A DNA stretch of 64,000 nt from Amoebidium appalachense (Eukaryota > Protista > Ichthyosporea). A program made the position numbers and the translations under genes. Positions 55,213 through 64,000 of this stretch are shown piece after piece. The notes beneath the pieces were generated by a model. That model was given only the letters and a program-made list of their open reading frames with translations, did no database searches and was not told the DNA's origin. Within the stretch, counting starts at the first letter, position 1. Every line of letters begins with the position of its first letter. The stretch lies in assembly GCA_963693365.1 (NCBI GenBank), contig CAVNZM010000008.1:6272830-6336829 (forward strand). Direction: 5' to 3'.

Positions 55213-55479
55213 ATGTATGTATGTTAAATTGTGCATGAGTCTTTGTGTGTGCGAGTGTGAATGCGAGTGAGCGAGTGAGTGTGTGTGTGTGTGAACGAGT
55301 ATGTGGTGAGCCCATGTGTGAAAGAGAAAGGAGAGAGAGGGAAGGAGGAAAATATGTGTGTTTCTCTCTCCCCCACTCTCTCTCTCTCTCTGTGTGTGTG
55401 CGCGCATGTGTGTTTCTTCCTCCCTCTCTTGCCACGACCAGTACACCCTAAGCAGTGCGCAATCAGTATTCCCTATTCG

Positions 55480-55520
<41 letters not shown>

Positions 55521-58127
55521 CCCCACGCACACACACACAAACCACCGCCTCTGTCCTCCTCCGACATCCAAACTCAGCATTGCTGACTGAAGCCTGATTT
55601 TGAAAACCTATAATGAACCATTCGTTTCTCTTACCCCTACCCCCGTCCTTCCCCACCTCCCCCCTTCCCCTTTCGGCAACTGACCCCCCCCCCCCTTCCC
55701 CCCCTGCCTTAGTGTCTCCCTCCCCTCCTCTCCCCCTCCCCGCCCACTCCTTCCCCTCCCTCCTTGGTGTCTCCGTCCCCCCCCTCCCCTTCCATCCCCT
55801 CTCTTTGCCCACCTCCTCTCCCCCTCTTCCCTTTTCCTTATAGCCAACCCTACCCCCCCCCCCCCCCAAAAAAAAAAAAAAACCCCACCTCCCCCTTCGC
55901 ACCCCCCTCCCGCCCCCCCCCTTCTCTTACACCCCCCCCCCCCAAACCCCTTCCCACCTTGCCACCCCCCCCCCCCCCCCCCCCCCCCCAATGCTCCTTC
56001 CTCTATACATGTCTGCAAAACACCATCTTTTCAGCCAAATTCGGGCCATCTATTTATAGCAGCCAATCACCTGTGGGTGTTTCTTGTCGGGGTCGACCCT
56101 GGTCAGCATGCCCAGGGAGAAGGCTGCCGTCTTGCCCGTGCCAGACTGCGATTGGGCGATCAAATCCCGCGGTCTGCACTCTTTGGTTAGATATCACGCA
56201 GAAGCACGCTTTTGAAAAGCAACGCAATTGGGATGTAGAGAGTGGACATGAGATGGAGGGTTGGTGAGTGCGTGGGTGGGTTTGAATGTGTTACTCATTG
56301 AGGGAAAACAGGCAACTTATGCAATGTACACAAAGAGCATGCATCACAAGCAGAGCCCATTTTCCAGTAGGCAGGGCCTGGGGGGGAGGGGGGGCGGGGG
56401 GGGGGGGGGGGGGGGGGGGAGGGGGGGGGGGGGGGGGGGAGAGGAGGGGGGAGGGGGGGGGCTGAGAAGGGATAAGAAAAGAAAATGGGGCTTTTGGCCC
56501 CGTATGTGTATAGTATGGATTTAAGGGTGGGTGGTGTGTTCGAGTGTGGTTCAACGTGTCTCGGTGTGTGGATGTGTGTGCGTGCGTCCGTATGTACATG
56601 TATGCGTCTGTATCTGCATGTATCTTTCTGTGTCCGTACGCATGTTACTCTTAATCTGATGTTTTCCATGCAGCCTGATGCACTGCAAGTCACAACAACG
56701 AGGCATCTTATTGGCTGAAGCAGCACCGCTGCTTTTAGATATAGACCAATAGAAATGCACTATTCCCGTGCATCGGCTGACTTTGCCGCATCCTCATCTC
56801 CTTTACCACCATGGAGCAGGTGCATGATAAAGCAACCTCCACCCCTCCCATCGGTTAAAGCCCAAAACGAGGTGGACCCGACCAATATAATGAATGAGGG
56901 CTCTTTTTTCTTTTTTCTTTCTTTTTTTTTTTTGGGGGGTGGGGGGGGGGGGCTTGCAGAAGGAGGAACGGAGAGTTTGTGTGTGTGTGTGTGTGTGTGT
57001 GTGGGGGGGGGGGGGGCAGGTGTTGGGGAGGGGTGAGAAGATGTGTGAGGTGCTTGAACATGCCAAGGGCGGGGAAGGGGAGGAGAGCGCCCAGGGGGGG
57101 GGGGGGGGTTGCTTACGGGTTTGCCACAATCATGGGCAGGGTGGTTTCTTGGATTTTGGACGGTTTGTTGAAATTCATCGCATAAAGCCCCTTGAGAATG
57201 TCTTCCCGCCTGTAAGAATAGGCATAAGTGAGGAAGAGCCGGATGTCGTAAGAAAGACACGTGGCGTGCGAGGGGAGACTGCCCAGTGCATGTGCATGTG
57301 CATGTGCATGTGCATGTGCATGTGCATGTGCATGTGCATGTGCATGTGCATGTGCATGTGCATGTGCATGTGCATGTGTGTGTGTGTGTGTGTGTGCTTG
57401 TGCATGCATGCATGTGTGTGTGTGTGTGTGTGTGTGTCTTGTGTCTGTCTGTTTGTGTGTTCTTGTACGTGCATATGTGTGCATCCGTGCACGTGCACAT
57501 TCGCACGTACGCACGTGCGTCTGTGTGTGTGTGTGTGTGTGGGGGGGGGGGGGGAGCGAAATCCGCGCCTGAGCTATGTGAAAAGGGAGGAAGGAGCAGG
57601 AGGGGCAAGGGGTGGTTGGGCGCATGGTGGTGGTGGTGGTGATGGTGGTAATAATTTTAATGGTGTTGGTGAGATGTGGTGTGTGTGTGAGTGTGTGTGT
57701 GTGGTGGTGGTGTGGGGGGGGGGGGGGGTGAGTTTCACGCACAGGCCCAGGTCCTTAAAGTCCTTGCACTTTGCATAGATCGGACTGTTGGGGTCATTCT
57801 GCTGCACTACAATCTCCCCTGACCAGTCAATCTCTCCAAACCCCTTGTCCTTCAGGTTGATGCTCTCCGCTGCGGGCGCAGGGGAAGGGGGGGGGGGGGG
57901 GAGGAGAGGGAGGGGGGGGGGGAGGAGGAGAGGGAAGGGGAGGGGGGAGGGGGGAGGCGAGGGGAGGGGGGGGGGGGGGGGGAGGGAGGGAGGGAGGGGG
58001 GGGGGGGGGGGGGGGGGGGGGAAAGGAAAAAGCAGGAGGAGGCGAGGGGAATGATGTAGTCCAAGGGGATATGGGAGGGAAAGGGGAAGGGGGGAGTGGT
58101 AGAGTTGAATGGGAGAGAGTTGGCGGG

Positions 58128-58163
<36 letters not shown>

Positions 58164-58484
58164 GGAGGGGGGGCGGGGCGGAGGGGGGGGGTAAGGTGGT
58201 GAGAGAGGGGTGGCGGAGGAGAGGTGGGGGGAAGTCGGGGGGGGGGGGGGGGGGGGGGGGGGAGGAAGCCGGGGGCGGAACGGCAGTGGGGGGGGGGGGG
58301 AGGGGGGGAGGTGGCAGAGTCGACGGGGGCAAGGCAGGGAGGGGAGGGGGTGAGGGTAAGGGGGGAGGTCAATAGTTAGTTCTAAGAAAAAAAACTGGGG
58401 TTTTAAAAACTGATTAAAGTGCGAACCGAAGGGTACTATTCTGTAACCCATTTTTGCCAGAACACATCAACGATGCCCCCTCTC

Positions 58485-58532
<48 letters not shown>

Positions 58533-58606
58533 CGTCCCTCACATCTGAAGGCATCGCCGAACCTCCCTCTTTCCCCCTTGCACCACCCCCGTCCTGATAC
58601 TGCCCC

Positions 58607-58637
<31 letters not shown>

Positions 58638-60130
58638 ACACCCCTCGTCCCCCTCTACCCCTGCCCTCATCCCTTAAAGGTCCCGGTGGCCACCTTTTCT
58701 TCTCCCCGACCTCTTCTGCCCCCTCACCCCACGCCCCCCCTCCCTCCCACCCCCTACCCCCCCCGTCCCCCAACCCTCCTCCCGTCCACCCCGATGCAGC
58801 CCCCCCCCCCCCCTCCCCTCTTTCTCTCGCCCTCCTCCCCCCCCCCCCCCCCCTCCCCTTCCCCCCCTCCCCTCTTTCTCTCGCGCCCCCCCCCCCCCCC
58901 CCCCCCCCCACCCCCCTCCCGTCCATCCCGATGCAGCCCCCTCCCCCCTCCACCCCCTCCGGCTTACCCCCTCCCCCCCTCCCCCCCTTGCGACCCACCC
59001 TTTCCGGCCCCTCTCCCCCCCCCCCCCCCCCCCCCCCCCCCCGGAGGCCACATCAAGGCCTTCCTTACATCCACCGCCACGTTACCCCGTCCCCATAACC
59101 ATCCTTTCCCCAACCAGCCGTTCGCATTTTCCATCTCTATTTTTAGGGCCCCCACCTGCTTTTGCATCTAATTTTAGCCTCTCTGTCTGGGCTGCTAGCT
59201 CCTCTGCAGCCTTGTCAGCTGCCTCTGCAGGAGCAGGTGCTACATTTTCTGTCTTGGGGGGGTCTGTCTGTGTGTCGGCCTGCTTGAAAACAGAGAAGGG
59301 TGGGGTGGGGGGGGGTGTGGGGGGGGGGGGGGGGGAGGGGGAGGGGGGAGGGGGAGGAGGGGTCGACGGCATCAGGTATTCGGTTGGGGGGGTACGCTCA
59401 GCGACAAAGAAAGGGTATATAGAAGATTGAAAGGTTGGGGAAGCCAGGGAGGTGGGGGCGGGGGGAGGGGGGGGAAAGGGGGGAAAGGGGAGGGGGCGAA
59501 GGGGGGGGGGGACATCGAAGTTGGGGTGAAAGGGAGAAAGCAAGGTGTATTTGTGCGCTTGTTTCTGTAGAACGACCCCTGCTTGAAAATGCGTCTAGAA
59601 TAGACAAACGAGACGAGGAAGCATGTAGATTGGGAATCAGCGTAGTCTCACACCGAGAGGCGTACATGACACAGGCACACACATGAAGCCCTAAGTTTTA
59701 CACAGGCGACTTGCCTCACGCCTGGTTATGTTATGAGGAAAGCCACAGATGCAGACACACGCAAGTATGAATGAAACAAGAGAAAAACTCTCGATGGTCT
59801 CCAGCCCACAGCCGAACCAAGTCTACCACACCAGCTCCTTCCTTCTTGACTGACAAGCACTTAAACACGAAACATACACATGTCACTTAAACGATCACAC
59901 ATTATATCTCTATATCCTCTGCTTCTCGCATTTGCTCGCTCCATCACGATTCCCTCTCCTCTCTCTTCAATCATTCGTTCCTCACTCTTCAGATACCGAC
60001 TACACCATTATAGAAACCCTCCCACCCTTCTCCCTTCCCCTCCTCCTGCCAAGCCCTTCCTTTTCTCCCCTCCCCGCATCCCCGCCACTTTTCATTAGGC
60101 ATTACTCGCGCTCATAGCCTTACACACCAT
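48063..60130 (-). CDS. DBP5: ATP-dependent DEAD-box RNA helicase Dbp5/DDX19 (mRNA export)
   Basis: Exons: 60130-60128 (ATG only, inferred), 59279-59156, 57869-57743 (DPNSPIY), 57209-57117 (Q motif FNKPSKIQE), 56173-56071 ([10 protein letters not shown]), 55093-54982 (PTRELV), 54039-53964 (GTPG), 53511-53416 (DEAD), 52491-52377 (FSAT), 51169-51047, 50678-50540, 49797-49739 (TNVLARGID), 49463-49382 (YLHRI), 48678-48602 ([10 protein letters not shown]), 48152-48063. All phases match. Confidence 0.95.
50014..50600. repeat. ~100-bp tandem repeat (6 copies of varying divergence) made from the 3' end of a DBP5 exon plus its 5' splice site
   Basis: TTAACGGACCAACCACGTACCCTGCCTAAACTCGTCCATGA... recurs at about 50014, 50120 (degenerate), 50218 (degenerate), 50315, 50417 and 50520 (the real exon end). 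Confidence 0.88.
57287..57376. repeat. (TGCATG)n hexamer microsatellite with alternating purine/pyrimidine, intronic
   Basis: About 15 units are directly visible. Confidence 0.9.
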
Positions 60131-60829
60131 TTTTTTCTTGTTCTTGAAAAGGTTTCGTAACCTTTGCAGACTGGAATGGCTCGCAGCTGACATACACATG
60201 CACAGAAGGGGATTCGTTAATATCTTTGAACGACAATTACGAGGGAAAGAGCCTCGATAAGACATTTTCGAGGAAACTATGCTCGTTTAATTATTTATAG
60301 TGAACATTTCCATGTACGTACAGTGACTATGGGGGTATGATGCCGTGTGCAATACATATACAGAGAATATTTGCAATTGTGCAAGCTTTTTCATACTCTT
60401 ATTTTTTTCCTTCCATGCATCATGCTAGAGCTTTCAATTTCAAATTTGTTTGCAGAAATTATATAAATTATGATGGCCAGTGGCACACGCACACGTTGCC
60501 ACCAACATGCACATGTATGACCGTTTTTATGCTTTATTAAATGGCAGATTCCATATAACTTGCACCGTGACGTGTGCTTGTTGCGTTACTGCTACGTATA
60601 CATTAGCTATATCTATTTATTTGGGCTATTTATTCAGCTTACAAACCCTACCTGTAAACGGCCATCCTTTTTGCATATGTACATAACAAACGAATATGGA
60701 AGTGTAGAAGAGTGCTTTGAGAGTCTAGGTGGTGTGCCTGCAACCAAAAACTAAGTGGTATGCCTGCAACCAAAAACGATAGATCGTGCAGACTGCCCAT
60801 GACAAACTAAGTTTGCACTCCGTACGTGC

Positions 60830-60892
<63 letters not shown>

Positions 60893-61174
60893 TGTGTGTG
60901 TGTGTGATATCTAATCATATAAGGAAATACAGTACACATGATTCACATCATTCGACAAACCCTTCCCTCCCTTTCCTCACAGAAAGGCAGAGGATAAAAT
61001 AACACTGTTCATTCAAGAAACCGAGTCAAAAACAACAATGCACGATTTTTCAAAGTGACGAGCAACACAACCAAATACGCACTAAAACAGGTGTGGGTGG
61101 CGGCCCTAGCAGGGCATACAACGAGATTTACCAAAATATCTAATAGCAAATATCAGCGAAACTATACGCCTACA

Positions 61175-62225
61175 TTACCTCACATCCATATCATCAACCG
61201 AAGACTGGGGGTTAGAACCTCCAACATCCGCTCTCCCTCTACTCCCCCGGGGCCTAATCGGGCTATCCAAAATTGCAGTCAGAACCTGCGACGTCCGGGG
61301 TTTATCCTGCTCCCTAGGCAGCGAATGGCCCCCCACCGTGTGGAAACTCCCTAGACTCTTCCCCCTAGGTCTAGCCGGTTGGGTCCCCTTAGTCGTACTT
61401 CCCCTCAAAAACCGTAGAGTGTTTCTCCACCCCGACGACAACCGCTCGGCAAATGCCGGAGAAGACGAACCCCCTGAACCCCCACCCGTATTTCCGGATA
61501 TGGAACCCCCGGAAATCGAATTTTCGAGATTTCTCGGCCCCAGCTGGTCAGACTGCGTCCCCGCCGCACCACCGCCGCCGTTGCCGCCGCCCGCGATCGG
61601 GCTGTTTTCGGCCGAAGTCATTGACAGAAGCGTCGTGCCGCTAATTTCGCCACCCCCGTTAGACCCCCCCACCCCTACAGACACCATGCTAGTGGTGTTC
61701 GAATATCCACAGCCCTCGCCTCCACCGGGTGACGAGTGCTCGTGCGTGGTGGTGGTCGAAGATCTAGCGCCCGGGGAAGTCACCAGAACATTTGGGGTGG
61801 AAATTCCGGGAATATTCTCAATGTTGGATTTGGTGCCTGGGAGCCGGGTGGGCGCCAGCACCTTTTCCAGGTCGACGACTTTCCCTTTTGATTTTCCGGG
61901 TTTTTTGGATCCGGATCTCTTGATTGACCCTCTCAGCGCAAGCGATTTCAAGGAGGCGGTCGCTCCCACGGAACCGGTTTTAGCAGGATTTGGCAAAACC
62001 GCGGAATCCGATTCGGCGCCGCCCGTATTGCCGTCGACGGCGGGAAGAGCCCCCCAATCAGAATGCTCCTTTGAGACTGGGGGGGTCATGGAGGAATTTC
62101 GCGATCGTGTGGGTGATGATGTCGGGACGGCGGTAGAGGTGGTGACGGTGGTGACGGGGAGAGACTGGCTGTATATGGGCTCTGTGTGTGTGTGTATGTG
62201 TGTAAGTGTGTGTGCGTGTACGTGT

Positions 62226-62320
<95 letters not shown>

Positions 62321-62831
62321 GTGAAGGGTGGAGGGGGGGGGGGGGGGGGGGGGGGGGGAGGGGGAGGGGGGGGGGGGGGGGGGGGGATGGGGAGAGAAGT
62401 CAGAGCGGGGAAAATTAGCATGAGATACAAGGTACAGCTCAAGAGATACACAGACGAGAAAAGAGTCCGTTGATTGCATAGATGAACTGGAGTGATGCAC
62501 AAACACAATCTAAAAATGTGCAAACATAGAACGCTTCGGAGACCCCAAAATCAGAAGCAATTCCCATCCCTCCACACAGAAACATGTACCCGACTTGATA
62601 CCCTATTCTGAACGTGGGTGTGTGGGTGCTTGAATGCCTGAGAGAGGGTGCCTAAGTTTGTGTCCGTGTGTGTATGTGTGCACATGCTTAGGTGTAGGTG
62701 TGCATGTCTGCAAGGTAGGGGCGCGCGTGCGCATGTGTGTATATATGTGTGTGTGTGTGTGCGTGTGCGTGTGCGAGTGTGTGTGTGAGTGAGTGAGTGT
62801 GTGAGTGAGTGTGTGTGTGTGTGAGTGAGTT

Positions 62832-62924
<93 letters not shown>

Positions 62925-63508
62925 GGAGGGGAGGAAGAGGGGCGGGGGGGGGGGGGGGGGGGGGGGGAGGGGGGAGGGGGGAGGGGGGAGGGGGGATGCT
63001 TTCGGGCACTCCCTTACAAGTATGCACATGACCTACCCATTGGCACTGGTCGACGAACGGGAGACGTAGCCAGCGACTCAGTCCCCCTAGACTCCGGGGG
63101 GGCACCCGAGCTCGCAGTAGATTTCGCCAACACCTGCTGCCGGCGCGCTACCTCCAACCCCCTAGCCTCGTCCACGTAGTCCTGAAGCACCGCCATGAAT
63201 TTCTCCATCTTGGACCCACCCTTGTCCCCCGCGCCGGGAGCAAAAGCCCCGAGTTTCTGGTTCTGTTCGCCGTAGTGTAACTGGTACGCCTTCCTGAAAA
63301 GGTGCGAGCGGACGGATAGGACGCTAAGTCCAAATAAGGAAACCACCTGTTTTACGTGGCACGTTCCCTTGCGAGGTTTCGTGACTATCAAAACGTCGTT
63401 AAAGAGAAAGAGACGACGCGGGTGGGAGCCAGGGGCGCGGGCGACGAATGACGTCACTTGCTCCAGTTCGACTTCGCCTACGAAATAGCGCCAAGGCGGT
63501 GACATGTC
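61175..63508 (-). CDS. 3' part of a probable IQSEC/BRAG-type Arf-GEF: PH domain followed by a long Ser/Gly/Thr-rich disordered tail; upstream exons are unresolved or off-window
   Basis: Exon 63508-63037 (PWRYFVGEVEL...HPRRLFLFNDVLIVTK...VSLFGLSV...EKFMAVLQDYVDEARGLE) resembles the IQSEC PH pattern HQREIFLFNDLLVVTK...FSLYGMQV...KFTDDLRESIAEVQEME (recalled from memory). It joins in phase 1 to exon 62181-61175. A Sec7 domain is not seen in the window, and a further donor near 61178 is possible. Confidence 0.65.
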
Positions 63509-63831
63509 CTGAGTCTGTGTGTGTGTGTGTGAGTGTGTGTGGGTGTTATGGTGAAACCGCAGATTCGACAGGATGAAGGGGCGGGGGTTGGGGGGAGAGG
63601 GGGGGGGGGAGGGGAATGAGGTGAGAGGGATGTTTGTGGGCAAGTGCATGTCTTGGTTAGTTTGAACAGGGGGTAAGAAGCGGCGGGCAGGGGGGGGGGG
63701 GGGGGGGGGGGGGCATGTACTCATTCCCGTGTGGGTAACGACATCACAAACCCATAAAAATAAACCGGAAACAATGAAAGGGACTTTGTGGTGGTGATGG
63801 TGGTGGTGGTGGTGTTTGGGGGGTGGGGGGT

Positions 63832-63865
<34 letters not shown>

Positions 63866-64000
63866 GCTGCCTCCGAAAAGTATGAAATCACGACATAGTC
63901 ACGACATAGTTCCTCCTTGTTTCGTCAGCATTCGGCCGTACACGGAGGTGAGGTGGGGGGGAGGGGGGTAGATTAGATCGTGGTAGTACTCAGTAGGAAG

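Noticed and set aside
57287-57376. (TGCATG)n as an Rbfox binding-site array
   Set aside because: DBP5 is on the minus strand, so the pre-mRNA reads (CAUGCA)n, which does not contain UGCAUG within the repeat.
60730-60778. ~25-bp tandem duplication (similar short ones at 46093-46260, 58780-58940 and 63889-63910)
   Set aside because: These are ordinary local slippage duplications with no sign of function.
61338-62324. 328-aa plus-strand ORF
   Set aside because: It is the antisense shadow of the GC-rich terminal exon of the PH-domain gene.

Overview
This is intron-rich eukaryotic genomic DNA. DGCR6-like and IQSEC-type PH genes suggest a unicellular holozoan or opisthokont, but that is inference. 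Nearly all ORFs in the supplied track are microsatellite or homopolymer artefacts. Joining GT-AG exons by hand with phase checks gave eight protein genes and one tRNA. In order: (1) a secreted 2xPAN/Apple plus beta-propeller-like protein (minus, 3' end off-window); (2) a ~1,190-aa secreted mosaic protein with an N-terminal GH114 alpha-1,4-galactosaminidase-like domain, five 6-Cys repeats, 3 TSP1, 3 EGF, HYR, GCC2/ephrin-like repeats and a C-terminal bulb-type lectin (minus); (3) MDP1 phosphatase (minus); (4) a DGCR6/Gonadal-family gene (plus); (5) MDM35/TRIAP1 (plus); tRNA-Gly(CCC); (6) a secreted phytocyanin/stellacyanin-like blue-copper protein (minus); (7) DBP5/DDX19 helicase (minus, 15 coding exons); (8) the 3' part of an IQSEC/BRAG-like PH-domain gene (minus). 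The most striking observations are the GH114-adhesion-lectin mosaic and its possible splice link to the PAN gene, a plant-type stellacyanin in a non-plant context, introns whose 3' splice sites sit on (CA)n or poly-A rather than polypyrimidine tracts, tandem copies of exon-intron junctions in DBP5, and a MITE. All family calls come from motif recognition by eye; no database search was run.
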